Source: OMG group bacterium (GTDB taxonomy: Bacteria > Pseudomonadota > Gammaproteobacteria > Pseudomonadales > Azotimanducaceae). Taken from it: DNA of 64,000 nucleotides. A program made the translations under genes and the position numbers. The DNA is taken from NCBI GenBank assembly GCA_012267385.1, contig JAAXGW010000024.1, positions 19,536 to 83,535 of the forward strand, read 5' to 3'. Within the stretch, counting starts at the first letter, position 1, and every line of letters begins with the position of its first letter. Shown piece after piece: positions 1 to 9,592 of the stretch. The notes below the pieces were generated by a model. The model did not search any database and was not told where the DNA came from. It saw nothing but the letters and a program-made list of their open reading frames with translations.

Positions 1-792
1 GTCCCGTCCATATGCTACGGTTACGCGAGTCTCAGGAGCTCCCTGAGGATTGGTTGGATCTAACGGACACCACCCTTTGGACGGCAAATAACACTCTACC
101 CACGCGTGCGTCGCGTTATCAACCAGTCGCCGCGTCGCGTTTGGTGCTACATACAGGTAGCCTGACACATAGCGGGCTGGAATACCCTTTGATCTCGCTA
201 TCGCGATCATGAGTTGCGATATGTCTTGGCACACTCCCTCGTGGTGTCGTAACAAGTCATCTACCGTCGAGTCGATAGAAGTCGCACCTGGACGATATCG
301 AATTACTTCGGAAAGACGATGTTCCAGAGACTTTAAAAACGACCAAGGGCTGGACTTGTCGATTCCGCCTTGATGATCAGTCCAACGGTCGAGGTCACTC
401 TTGGTACGAGTTAAATCGGTGGGTAGGAGAAAATCCCAAAACTCTAATTTGGTATGTAGGTTTGCCAGAGAATCCCAATCGTCGTGTTCAGCTGTTTCGT
501 TCACTTCATTAAACTGAGATCGGACTCGTGCGTTGCTTGTTACAGTGAGTTTGTTGTGCGGACGGTGAATGTCAAAGAAATGCCGAGTATTACCGAACGG
601 GTCAACGTCGACGTCTATCCTACTCTCCGGTGTGGTCGCCAATTGATAGTGATCGAGATATTGCCATGATGTTGCTTTCGGCTGCATACAAACAGTCATA
701 ACACTCGAACGTTTCTTGTGTTCGTAGCTGTAGGTCGTTTGATGCACGATTTCGTACGAAACAAATTTCTGTTTTGAGTCAAAATCGAACAC
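1..792 (-). CDS. transglutaminase-like protein (COG1305 type), 3' end runs off the window
   Basis: Absent from the ORF track because it has no stop in the window. My reverse-strand translation is open from GTG 792-790 to base 1 (264 codons). It reads ...FVSYEIVHQTTYSYEH... (Bact_transglu_N-like), then ...HEGVCQDISQLMIAIARSKGIPARYVSGY...THAWVECYL...GWCPLDPTN, a Cys/His/Asp transglutaminase-core pattern. The GTG overlaps the stop of the upstream alpha-E gene. An alternative start is ATG 699-697. Confidence 0.8.
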   Translation of the reverse strand, partial: MFDFDSKQKFVSYEIVHQTTYSYEHKKRSSVMTVCMQPKATSWQYLDHYQLATTPESRIDVDVDPFGNTRHFFDIHRPHNKLTVTSNARVRSQFNEVNETAEHDDWDSLANLHTKLEFWDFLLPTDLTRTKSDLDRWTDHQGGIDKSSPWSFLKSLEHRLSEVIRYRPGATSIDSTVDDLLRHHEGVCQDISQLMIAIARSKGIPARYVSGYLYVAPNATRRLVDNATHAWVECYLPSKGWCPLDPTNPQGAPETRVTVAYGRD

Positions 793-1759
793 TGTCGTCT
801 ACTTCATAGTTAAACCAAGCCGCAGTGATGTGTTCGTGCAACTTCAGGGCGAGACTTTCGGCCAACGTTAGCATGCGCGTCTTGTTTTCCGCATCGGGCC
901 ACTCGAACCGTATTAAGGAGACAAGTCGCCCTATGAAGCGATTAGCCATCGCTCCATGCCGGTTCGCAGGAGCCTCTCCGAGCGCGGACAGCCGGTCAGC
1001 AATCTGATTCAACGAAAAGTCAATCGAATTCGGCAATAGCTGGTCAGCAACCAACATATTCATAACGAGCTCTGGTTGGACTTTCGCGCCAAAATAATGC
1101 TGATATGCTTCATCGGCTTGAAAGCAGTGTAGCAAACTCCACCAGTCATAGTGCTCCAGATCTTCGAATTCGTCGCTGTCAGCGGACTTATTCTGAAACG
1201 ACATAAGCGCTAGCATCAACTGTGCATGTTCGATTAAACGACCGATCTGCAAAAACTCCCAACGTTCATCTCGGTACAGTGTCGCTGCACACACTCCCAT
1301 GAACGTATTAACGTCCTGCACGCGATTTGCATAGAACTGCATCGGATCTTTGGTCCAAATGTCTTCAATACTCAAGTCACGTATTTCGAAATATGCTTTG
1401 TTCAAGCAAATCCACATTTCCGAACTGATGCAATGGCGCATTTGCCGCGCATTTTCACGACCCATGGTGAAACAACTCAGAATCGAAGACTCATTTTCTA
1501 GGACGAACGATAGTTCGTCGGCGAGCGCAAAAGAGTCGGTTAGACCCCAAGAATCACCATGTTCTTCCCAATTGACCAATTCTTCATTTTGCGGTGATGT
1601 TTTCAAATGTCTAAAAAGCCTCAGCCACCCGAAGTGAATCTGATCCCAGGTACAGTCTACGAGCGCATTCATCTGTAGTTCCATTAAACGGCTGGTGTGT
1701 TCGACGCGTTTTAGATAACGACCGATCCAATATAACCCATGCGCGCTACGAGCAAGCAT
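779..1759 (-). CDS. alpha-E domain protein (DUF403 / COG2307)
   Basis: 326-aa ORF. The N-terminus MLARSAHGLYWIGRYLKRVEHTSRL is the characteristic start of alpha-E proteins. Its ATG shares one base with the stop of the upstream ATP-grasp gene (TGATG), and it sits in the canonical ATP-grasp / alpha-E / transglutaminase gene order. Confidence 0.85.
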   Translation of the reverse strand: MLARSAHGLYWIGRYLKRVEHTSRLMELQMNALVDCTWDQIHFGWLRLFRHLKTSPQNEELVNWEEHGDSWGLTDSFALADELSFVLENESSILSCFTMGRENARQMRHCISSEMWICLNKAYFEIRDLSIEDIWTKDPMQFYANRVQDVNTFMGVCAATLYRDERWEFLQIGRLIEHAQLMLALMSFQNKSADSDEFEDLEHYDWWSLLHCFQADEAYQHYFGAKVQPELVMNMLVADQLLPNSIDFSLNQIADRLSALGEAPANRHGAMANRFIGRLVSLIRFEWPDAENKTRMLTLAESLALKLHEHITAAWFNYEVDDSVRF

Positions 1760-3192
1760 CAGTTTTTTACCACCCAGAGGTCTTTAGCGCCGCCGCCTTG
1801 GCTCGAATTTACGACAAGACTTCCCCTCAGTAATGCGATGCGACAAAACGCTCCACCCACGAGCCTCGATTCCTGTCCGGTCAGAATGAAGGGGCGAAGA
1901 TCGACGCACCGAGGTTCTATGTTGCGTTCAATCCAACAAGGTGCTCGTGATATTGCTAATATCGGTTGGGCAATGTAGTTTTCCGGATTTTCGCGCAATT
2001 GCTTGCTGAATGCGTCTCGCTCTGCTGCAGTCTTTTCCGCTCCGATGAACAGACCATAACCTCCTGAACCACCGACTGGTTTGACGACTAATTGCTCTAG
2101 GTTGTCTAAGGTATACTCCAAATCTTCTGGTTCTCGACAAAGATAAGTTTCGACGTTCTGTAGGATAGGGTCTTCTGATAAGTAGTACCTGATCATGTCT
2201 GGAACATATGCATAGATCGACTTATCGTCAGCGATTCCTGTACCCGGCGCATTGACAAGTGCAACATTGCCTTTTCGGTACGCATGCATGAGACCCGGCA
2301 CCCCAAGAATGGAATCTCTTCGATAAAACAACGGATCTATGAAGTCGTCGTCAATACGCCGGTAGATCACATCGACTTTGCGCAATCCAGAAGTCGTACG
2401 CATGTACACAAAACCGTCATTTACAAGAAGATCGCGTCCCTCGACCAATTCGGCCCCTATCTCATCTGCAAGAAACATGTGCTCGTAAAACGCAGCATTA
2501 AATACACCTGGCGTTAGCAATACGATACATGGATCGGTGGATCCGTTTGGATCAAATTCACGTAGAGTTTCGTAGAGCAATGTACCATATTTCTCTACGT
2601 CGCGCACTCGATATCTTCGGTACAGTTCCCGAAAGTTAGTCTTCGTAGCCTGTCGATTAGCGATCATGTAAGATACGCCCGAGGGTACGCGCAGGTTGTC
2701 CTCAAGCACACGAAAGCCATCATTCACTCGCACAAGGTCCGTACCACATATTCCTACAGGGACATCTAGAGGAATCGAGACACCTTGCATTTCGATTCGG
2801 TACTGTGGACAACCGCGAACATGATCAATTGGAATTACACCATCTTCCAAAATTCGCGCAGGTCCATAAACATCCACAATGAACTTATTCAGAGCAGCGA
2901 TTCGTTGAATCAATCCTGCCTCAAGTACATCCCATTCAGAAGAAGGGATTATTCGAGGGATACAGTCGATGGGAATGATGCGCTCTGTGGTTTCATCTTC
3001 ACCGTAGAGCGTGAAAGAGATCGACTGACTAGAGAAGGTTCGAGTAACGCGCTCTTGAATGCTCTCTAGTTCTTCAACGGATGTGGCAGTGAGATGTTTG
3101 TGTAGATGATGGTTGTGGGGATGTGGTGAGCCATCTTCCGCAAAGAGTTCGTCAAAGAATTTGTCGTCTAAATCATATTGATAAAAGTTGAT
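1759..3192 (-). CDS. circularly permuted ATP-grasp type 2 protein (COG2308)
   Basis: The ORF-track entry 1759-2913 starts at an internal TTG. The same frame stays open up to an in-frame TAG at 3204-3202 and encodes the conserved N-terminal part (...ELESIQERVTRTFSSQSISFTLYGEDETTERIIPIDCIPRIIPSSEWDVLEAGLIQRIAALNKF...). The only plausible initiator is ATC 3192-3190, 6 nt downstream of AGGAG. That gives 477 aa, the normal size for this family. Confidence 0.8.
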   Translation of the reverse strand: MNFYQYDLDDKFFDELFAEDGSPHPHNHHLHKHLTATSVEELESIQERVTRTFSSQSISFTLYGEDETTERIIPIDCIPRIIPSSEWDVLEAGLIQRIAALNKFIVDVYGPARILEDGVIPIDHVRGCPQYRIEMQGVSIPLDVPVGICGTDLVRVNDGFRVLEDNLRVPSGVSYMIANRQATKTNFRELYRRYRVRDVEKYGTLLYETLREFDPNGSTDPCIVLLTPGVFNAAFYEHMFLADEIGAELVEGRDLLVNDGFVYMRTTSGLRKVDVIYRRIDDDFIDPLFYRRDSILGVPGLMHAYRKGNVALVNAPGTGIADDKSIYAYVPDMIRYYLSEDPILQNVETYLCREPEDLEYTLDNLEQLVVKPVGGSGGYGLFIGAEKTAAERDAFSKQLRENPENYIAQPILAISRAPCWIERNIEPRCVDLRPFILTGQESRLVGGAFCRIALLRGSLVVNSSQGGGAKDLWVVKN

Positions 3193-3506
3193 TGGACACT
3201 CCTACTACCACGTTGTCGAAACTTCAGGAAGTGTATTCCATATTTTATTTTAGGATCCGTGCGGTAAGACTTGCAATCGTTTAATGAGGAGCAAGAAGAA
3301 CGTGTAATTTAACCAACATTGACTGTTAACGGTCGATTCACTGATGAATCAAAAGACGTGACCAACTGCGCAATTCCAATTCATAAAATTTCGAAGTTCA
3401 ACCATATGGTTTCCCCAACTCTTCCATACTGACGATCGTGGGTTCGCACGGTTAGTTATGTAAAAGATTGGACAATTAATTCTTAAATCCACATCGAAGA
3501 CCATCT

Positions 3507-4115
3507 ATGAGTACACCTGAAATACAAGCACTTGAAAAACAAATCGGAGAACTTACCACTAAGCTGAAGGAACTCCAAATCGCAAACGAAGCAGAGTCCG
3601 AGCCCGTACCGAATTACACGTTTGAAACAGAATTCGGAAATTTAACGTTAAATGACCTATTCGGTAATAAAGACACGCTATTCGTTATTCATAACATGGG
3701 AGATGGGTGTCGTTACTGTACGATTTGGGCAGACGGCATCAACGGTTTCTTACCCCATCTCGAAACTGCAATGTCAGTTGTTTTGGTGTCCAAGAACGAT
3801 CCCGACACACAAAGGAGATTCGCAAATTCCCGGGGCTGGCGTTTCAATATTGCGTCACATCGAAATTGCGACTACGCGAAAGATCACACCACCTTGGGTG
3901 AGTACGGCAATGTTCCAGGAGGAGCAGTCTATGTCCGCAAAGGAGATCAAATTTTCAAGAAGAACGCTTGCTTGTTCGGACCCGGCGACGTGTATTGTGC
4001 CATGTGGCACCTATTTGCCTTAGCAGGTATAAAAGAAGACAAGTGGACACCACAATTTCGCTACTGGTCTCGTCCTGAAAAGATGGAGGACGGCGGACAA
4101 GGTGTTATCGACTAG
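3507..4115 (+). CDS. DUF899 thioredoxin-fold protein (COG4312-like)
   Basis: 202-aa ORF with an N-terminal coiled segment followed by ...LFVIHNMGDGCRYCTIWADGINGFLPHL... (CxxC in a thioredoxin-like context), typical of DUF899. The overlapping + ORFs 3652-4023 and 3707-3901 are alternative-frame shadows. Confidence 0.7.
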   Translation: MSTPEIQALEKQIGELTTKLKELQIANEAESEPVPNYTFETEFGNLTLNDLFGNKDTLFVIHNMGDGCRYCTIWADGINGFLPHLETAMSVVLVSKNDPDTQRRFANSRGWRFNIASHRNCDYAKDHTTLGEYGNVPGGAVYVRKGDQIFKKNACLFGPGDVYCAMWHLFALAGIKEDKWTPQFRYWSRPEKMEDGGQGVID

Positions 4116-4140
4116 TTGATAGGCACATTAAGTGTAGTAG

Positions 4141-4217
4141 TGGTCGGGACGGCCGGATTTGAACCGGCGACCACATGACCCCCAGTCATGTGCGCTACCA
4201 AACTGCGCCACGTCCCG
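4141..4217 (-). tRNA. tRNA-Pro (anticodon GGG)
   Basis: The reverse complement reads CGGGACGTGGCGCAGTTTGGTAGCGCACATGACTGGGGGTCATGTGGTCGCCGGTTCAAATCCGGCCGTCCCGACCA. It has a 7-bp acceptor stem (CGGGACG/CGTCCCG), anticodon arm CATGA-CTGGGGG-TCATG, T-loop TTCAAAT and an encoded CCA. Confidence 0.9.
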
Positions 4218-4266
4218 ATGTCTAGATTGAAGTATCTACAGAGTATTTGACCCTTCTAAGTAGATA

Positions 4267-4635
4267 TTACTCGAATGAAATTTCCTTCAAGATCTGCTTA
4301 GCATCTTGCAAGTCTTCGATCGCTGACTTTATCGTAGACTGCGATTCGTCAGTTAGATCTTTCGTCTCGGGTTCTTTTCTTCGCGTCGCTAAGTGCTTTT
4401 GCGCGCCACTAATCGTGAACCCTCGCGTATAAAGCAACTCTTTCAATTCATGGATGAAGTCGATATCACTCTTGGTGTAATATCGACGACCATTCAAACG
4501 AGTTAATTTTTGGAGTTGTTCAAATTGCGTCTCCCAGTAACGGAGCACATGTTGTTTTACGTCACATAACGAGCTAACGTCGCCGATCGTGTAGTAGCGA
4601 TCTTGAGAGGTCTTACTCGATTCCTGGTCCGGCAT
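4267..4635 (-). CDS. MerR-family transcriptional regulator
   Basis: 122 aa. YYTIGDVSSLCDVKQHVLRYWETQF...GRRYYTKSDIDFIHELKELLYTRGFTISGAQKHL matches a MerR wHTH. It sits downstream of ihfA and before tRNA-Pro, as in many gamma- and beta-proteobacteria. It overlaps the ihfA 3' end by 23 nt. Confidence 0.8.
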   Translation of the reverse strand: MPDQESSKTSQDRYYTIGDVSSLCDVKQHVLRYWETQFEQLQKLTRLNGRRYYTKSDIDFIHELKELLYTRGFTISGAQKHLATRRKEPETKDLTDESQSTIKSAIEDLQDAKQILKEISFE

Positions 4636-4930
4636 ATTTCGCGATCCGTTTTGTTAACGTCCGACTTGGTTTGAAGTGAACTTTGGCACTCGGTTCGATT
4701 TTGACCGTCTCGCCAGTTTTGATGTTGCGGCCCAAACGTCCTTTCCACTCACGTACTTCGAACTTCCCGAAACCCTTAAGCTGTACCGAGTCCCTCGTTT
4801 CTAATCCGTAAGTAATCGCTTCGAAAAAGTCATCCACGATAGAGCTTGCTTCGGTAAAAGGAATTCCCAGCTCATCATGTATTCGCTGCGCCAGTGCTGC
4901 TCGAGTAACCACTTCCTTCTTTGTGGTCAA
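4613..4930 (-). CDS. ihfA: integration host factor subunit alpha
   Basis: 105 aa. It carries the DNABII signature ...LKGFGKFEVREWKGRLGRNIKTGETVKIEPSAKVHFKPS... and lies directly downstream of pheT. Confidence 0.85.
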   Translation of the reverse strand: MTTKKEVVTRAALAQRIHDELGIPFTEASSIVDDFFEAITYGLETRDSVQLKGFGKFEVREWKGRLGRNIKTGETVKIEPSAKVHFKPSRTLTKRIAKYAGPGIE

Positions 4931-4950
4931 TGTAATTCCACCAAATTCTT

Positions 4951-7365
4951 CTAGGTTCTTAATTTTGCATGAAATTGAGTCGTAATTTTGTCCACAACTT
5001 CATTGATTAGTTTGTTCACCTCTTCGTCTTGCAACGTTTTGGATTGATGGCGCAACGTAATGCCAATACCGACACTGTGTTGATTGTCCGCAAACTGAGA
5101 ACCTCCGAAGACGTCGAATACGACAAAATCCCATAACAAGCCATTTAAAGATTCTCTCACCACGGTTTCAATCTCTCGAATTGTCACGGACTTATCTAAT
5201 ACGAATGCTAAATCGCGTCGGACAGATGGAAACGGACTAAATTCTGCGAAGTGAGAGTATTCCGATCTAAGCAATAACGTAGCGTCAAGTTCGAACGCAA
5301 ACACGTCTAGATCTATCTCAAACTCTCGGGCGATGTTCTGTTTTAATTTTCCAACCACTCCAACAATTTGATCCTTCACTTTCACGCTTGCGCCATGGCC
5401 AGACTGAAGCCACTTGCAATCTACCGAGTCGAAATCAACCTTGGTGTAGCGCAACAAGGACTCTAAATCGGCTTTAACGTCGTAGAAATCGATACTCTCT
5501 CGACTACTCGCCCAGCTTTCTGGATGTCGTGTTCCTAGCAACACGCCAGCGACCTTATCTCGTTGGTGTAATTTACCGGACTTGACATAATCAAAACACT
5601 GACCATATTCAAACAGACGAAGGGCACTCTCCTGACGGGCGGTGTTGTAAGCGACCGCTGAAAGAAGACCTGGAATAATCGAACATCGCATAACCGATCT
5701 ATCAAGAGATATAGGATTAGCTAATTCAGGTATTTTCTTGTTATTACTGAACATTTCATTTGCGTCCTCGCGAATGAAACTATAGGTCATAGCCTCGTTG
5801 TAGCCCAATGCGCTTAAACTTGCTCGAAGTTCTCGAGAGTCTCCTCGAATTCGTTTTGAACCTTGTAAGTGCACTGTTGCTTGTAACGGCTGACTTGGGA
5901 TGTTGTCGTAGCCGTAAATTCGACAAATTTCTTCTACAAAATCTTCAGCAATTTCGATATCGTACCGATGCGGAGGGGGCGTGATCCACCACCTTTTGTC
6001 ATCTTGTCTGAAGCCGAACTCCAGTCCTTCAAACATCTGGTTCATTTTGTCTGCGTCTAGCGCATATCCGATCCGCTGTTGAGGAAACTCAATCGGGAGA
6101 AGAATCTCAGGTCGCGGGGGTAGATGACTTTCAGAGACCACACTTACCACCGGACCGAATTTGGGAGCATTGTCGTTTTCTGAAGAACTCGAAGGTGCCT
6201 CGGCCGCCAATCTCCGGCAGGCGCGACGAAGAGCTTGTGGTTGAATAGAGAAATCCACTCCCCGTTCAAAACGCAATGACGCTTCGGACTGAAGGCCATA
6301 TTTTCTTGCTGTTCCCCGTACTGCATCAGGAGTGAAATAAGCGACTTCCAGAAGTATGTCTTTAGTATCGTCTGAGACTGCACTATCCAGACTTCCCATA
6401 ACTCCTGCGATTGCAACGGGTTTGTCTCCACTAGCGATGACGAGTGTTGATGCATCGAGAGTTACATCAGTACCGTCCAGAAGCAGAATCTTCTCTCCTG
6501 CTCGTGCGAACCGCACGCCGATCCCATCCTTGACCTTTTCGAGATCAAACGCATGGGTGGGTTGACCAGTTTCAAGTAGTTCGTAATTCAGACAATCAAC
6601 CACATAGTTCACCGGTCGTAAACCGCAGCAAGTCAAGTCTTTTCGAAGCCGATATAGGTTAGAGGTGTCTTGTGGTACGTTCTTTACTACGATACCGTGA
6701 TATATTGGACACGCTTCAGGAGCTTGAACTTCAATTGACACTCGATCGGAGTGCGTCTGTGGTACCGGAGCGGAATCACTTGTGAGAGGATTTTCATAGT
6801 CCGTGTCGACAACTAACGCTAGTTCTCGTGCTAATCCCACAACTGAAAAACAGTCTCCGCGATTTGGTGTAAGATCCAAATCCAAAACACTGTCGTTCCA
6901 AAGTAGTGCATCGCCAGGACATTTACCAATCTGACCTTGATCGCTACTTAACCGCCAAACTGTCTCGTGAACTGGTGATATGGTTAGCTCCCGACCCGAG
7001 CATAACATGCCATTCGATTCAACTCCATGAATCTTGGTCTTCTTGATGACTCTACCGTCGGGAAGTGTGGCACCATCTTGAGCTAGTACCACTCTTTCCT
7101 CTAATTTCAACGTCTGGTCCCCGCATACAACCTGGACCGTTTCGTTGCGCTTACTGTCAGATAGAACAGTACAGACCAACAAATCTTCACGCTCTGGATG
7201 CTGTTCGAGCTTTTCTATAGACCCCACTACGACGCCGGAAAAAGGAACCGGTGCTTTATAGACAGCGTCTACCTCAAGTCCGAGAGAATTGAAATGGTTC
7301 ACCAACTCCGTATCGTCGCAGTCGTGCTTTATCAGTCGAGTTAGCCAGCTTGTCGTAATCTTCAT
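4951..7365 (-). CDS. pheT: phenylalanine--tRNA ligase beta subunit
   Basis: 804 aa. It has an N-terminal tRNA-binding (EMAP-like) domain, B3/4 and B5 regions and a C-terminal FDX-ACB-like end (...FDVFGG...). It lies immediately downstream of pheS. Confidence 0.95.
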   Translation of the reverse strand: MKITTSWLTRLIKHDCDDTELVNHFNSLGLEVDAVYKAPVPFSGVVVGSIEKLEQHPEREDLLVCTVLSDSKRNETVQVVCGDQTLKLEERVVLAQDGATLPDGRVIKKTKIHGVESNGMLCSGRELTISPVHETVWRLSSDQGQIGKCPGDALLWNDSVLDLDLTPNRGDCFSVVGLARELALVVDTDYENPLTSDSAPVPQTHSDRVSIEVQAPEACPIYHGIVVKNVPQDTSNLYRLRKDLTCCGLRPVNYVVDCLNYELLETGQPTHAFDLEKVKDGIGVRFARAGEKILLLDGTDVTLDASTLVIASGDKPVAIAGVMGSLDSAVSDDTKDILLEVAYFTPDAVRGTARKYGLQSEASLRFERGVDFSIQPQALRRACRRLAAEAPSSSSENDNAPKFGPVVSVVSESHLPPRPEILLPIEFPQQRIGYALDADKMNQMFEGLEFGFRQDDKRWWITPPPHRYDIEIAEDFVEEICRIYGYDNIPSQPLQATVHLQGSKRIRGDSRELRASLSALGYNEAMTYSFIREDANEMFSNNKKIPELANPISLDRSVMRCSIIPGLLSAVAYNTARQESALRLFEYGQCFDYVKSGKLHQRDKVAGVLLGTRHPESWASSRESIDFYDVKADLESLLRYTKVDFDSVDCKWLQSGHGASVKVKDQIVGVVGKLKQNIAREFEIDLDVFAFELDATLLLRSEYSHFAEFSPFPSVRRDLAFVLDKSVTIREIETVVRESLNGLLWDFVVFDVFGGSQFADNQHSVGIGITLRHQSKTLQDEEVNKLINEVVDKITTQFHAKLRT

Positions 7366-7374
7366 TTTCTCACC

Positions 7375-8355
7375 TCATCGAAATTGGTTAAGAAAACGAA
7401 GGTCGTTTTCGAACATCATACGTAAGTCCCTAATACCGAACTTCAGCATCGCAAGTCTGTCGGCACCAAATCCAAAAGCAAACCCACTAAACTCCTTGGG
7501 ATCCACGTTTGACATACTGAGTACTCTTGGGTGCACCATCCCGCACCCCATGACCTCACTCCAACCGTGAGCACCCTTCACATCTACCTCGGCTGAGGGT
7601 TCAGTGAATGGGAAATACGACGGGCGAAATCGTACCTCTACAGATTCTTCAAAAAAAGTGTGTATGAATTCGATGACGGTATGCTTCAGATGCGCAAAAC
7701 TCACACCTCGATCTACCACTAGTCCTTCGATCTGATGAAACATGGGCGTATGAGTACGATCGTAGTCGCAACGATAGACTCGTCCCGGGCAGATAATGTG
7801 AATCGGCGGTTCCCTATTCTCCATGGTTCGTATTTGTACCGGTGAAGTGTGTGTACGTAGTACCTGTCCGTCTTTTAAGTAAAAAGTGTCGTGCATGTCG
7901 CGAGCTGGATGCCCGGCCGGTATGTTCAACGCTTCGAAATTGTGATATTCGTCTTCAATTTCTGGCCCATGAACAACGTCGTAGCCTGCGTTGAGAAATA
8001 TATCTTCAATTCGAGTGAGAGCTTGAGTAACAGGATGTAAACTACCCTTGTATCTTGCTCTGCTCGGTAAGGAAATGTCGATCCCATCGAGGGCTGCTTT
8101 TTGCTCCCCAATTCCAGCCTCAAGTTCGTTCCGGCGTCGTTCGAGTGCGGTTTCAATGGACTTTTTGTACCGATTGATCTTCTCACCTTCAACAGGACGT
8201 TGTTCTGGTGAAAGGTCCTTTAATCCACGTAAGGCAAGCGTTATCGTTCCCTTGCGACCAAGAGCTTGAACGCGAATGTCCGCCAGCTCTTTTTCAGTCT
8301 GTGCAGACTGAACCGAACGAAGAGTACTGTCGAAAGTGTCGTTTAGTGAACCCAT
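7375..8355 (-). CDS. pheS: phenylalanine--tRNA ligase alpha subunit
   Basis: 326 aa with class II aaRS motifs: ...HPARDMHDTFY..., ...RTHTSPVQIR..., ...GFAFGFGADRLAML... Confidence 0.95.
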   Translation of the reverse strand: MGSLNDTFDSTLRSVQSAQTEKELADIRVQALGRKGTITLALRGLKDLSPEQRPVEGEKINRYKKSIETALERRRNELEAGIGEQKAALDGIDISLPSRARYKGSLHPVTQALTRIEDIFLNAGYDVVHGPEIEDEYHNFEALNIPAGHPARDMHDTFYLKDGQVLRTHTSPVQIRTMENREPPIHIICPGRVYRCDYDRTHTPMFHQIEGLVVDRGVSFAHLKHTVIEFIHTFFEESVEVRFRPSYFPFTEPSAEVDVKGAHGWSEVMGCGMVHPRVLSMSNVDPKEFSGFAFGFGADRLAMLKFGIRDLRMMFENDLRFLNQFR

Positions 8356-8462
8356 AAACGAAGAAAGCCGTTGATTTTCCTTTGGTGTGGTGGCGGTTCG
8401 CTACATCCAGCAATATAGTAAGGACGTAGCGGAAGATGCGTTGCGCGAATCAATCGCAACGA

Positions 8463-8822
8463 TTAGTTTGCGACTGCTTTTTTCGCTAGCGAAACTAAGT
8501 GGGTAAACGACGCAGATTCGTGATATGCGAGATCTGCTAACACCTTCCTATCTAAATTGATATTTGCTTTCTTGAGTCCGTGCATGAACTGCCCATAGGT
8601 CATGCCATTTTCGCGTGCGGCCGCGTTAATACGGATGATCCACAAAGAACGAAATTGTCTTTTACGTTGTCGTCGATCGCGATACGCGTATTGACCTGCT
8701 TTGATTACTGCTTGCTTCGCAACCTTGAACGATCTGCTGCGCGCGCCGTAGTAGCCACGCGATTGCCGTAAGACTTTCTTGCGTCGAGCTCGCGACGCTA
8801 CACTGTTTGTTGCTCTAGTCAC
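8463..8822 (-). CDS. rplT: 50S ribosomal protein L20
   Basis: 119 aa. ...[51 protein letters not shown]... is canonical L20. Confidence 0.95.
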   Translation of the reverse strand: MTRATNSVASRARRKKVLRQSRGYYGARSRSFKVAKQAVIKAGQYAYRDRRQRKRQFRSLWIIRINAAARENGMTYGQFMHGLKKANINLDRKVLADLAYHESASFTHLVSLAKKAVAN

Positions 8823-8837
8823 CGATACTCCTCGGGC

Positions 8838-9038
8838 TTATCTCGCGTCGTAAGGAAGTAAATCATCGACCTTAGCGACATCACTCTCTGAAAGATTCTT
8901 AAAACCGCGTAATTGACGTTTACGTTGTTGCGACTTCTTGGAAAGAAGATGATTCTTTCCAGTGCGCTTGTGTTTGTACCCGTTTGCAGTCCGCCGAAAA
9001 CGTTTGGCGGCTCCTCGATGGGTTTTGATCTTTGGCAT
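8838..9038 (-). CDS. rpmI: 50S ribosomal protein L35
   Basis: 66 aa. [20 protein letters not shown]... is canonical L35. Confidence 0.95.
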   Translation of the reverse strand: MPKIKTHRGAAKRFRRTANGYKHKRTGKNHLLSKKSQQRKRQLRGFKNLSESDVAKVDDLLPYDAR

Positions 9039-9043
9039 TATTT

Positions 9044-9592
9044 TTATCTTTTCTTTTTCGTACTTACAGGTGCGAACACCATTACAAGTTGAGTCCCTTC
9101 AAACTTCGGTTGTTGCTCAACAGTTGCTTTCTCGCTCAAGTCGTCTTGCAACCGCTCCAAAACCTTAAGCCCGATCTCTGGGTGTAAGCTCTCACGCCCT
9201 TTGAACCTTAAGCTGACTTTAGCTTTGTCTCCGTCATTCAGAAAACGTTCAATGTTGCGTGTCTTTGTTTGGTAGTCTCTCTCTCCGGTATTTACGCGAA
9301 ACCTTACTTCCTTGATTTGTGTATTTCTCTGCTTTTTCTTGTTTGCAGAGATATATTTCTTTTGCTCAAAGAGATGTTTGCTGTAGTCAAGTACTTTTAC
9401 GACCGGTGGATTTGATTGTGGCGCGATTAACACCAAGTCAAGCCCATCTTTTTTCGCTTCCGCTAAGGCTCGTGATCGTGGCACGATACCTACTTGCTCA
9501 CCGTCCTTGTCAATCAAACGCACCTGTGGAGCGTCTATGTCCTCATTAAGAGTCGCACGCTCAAATTTAGAGCCTGCAGGTGTTTTGCTGAT
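9044..9592 (-). CDS. infC: translation initiation factor IF-3
   Basis: The ORF track starts at an internal GTG (9523). The frame is open up to TAA and encodes (I/M)[32 protein letters not shown]..., matching the IF-3 N-terminus. ATC 9592-9590 lies 5 nt after AGGAG (9602-9598). infC is known to use a non-canonical AUU-class start. Confidence 0.85.
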   Translation of the reverse strand: MSKTPAGSKFERATLNEDIDAPQVRLIDKDGEQVGIVPRSRALAEAKKDGLDLVLIAPQSNPPVVKVLDYSKHLFEQKKYISANKKKQRNTQIKEVRFRVNTGERDYQTKTRNIERFLNDGDKAKVSLRFKGRESLHPEIGLKVLERLQDDLSEKATVEQQPKFEGTQLVMVFAPVSTKKKR

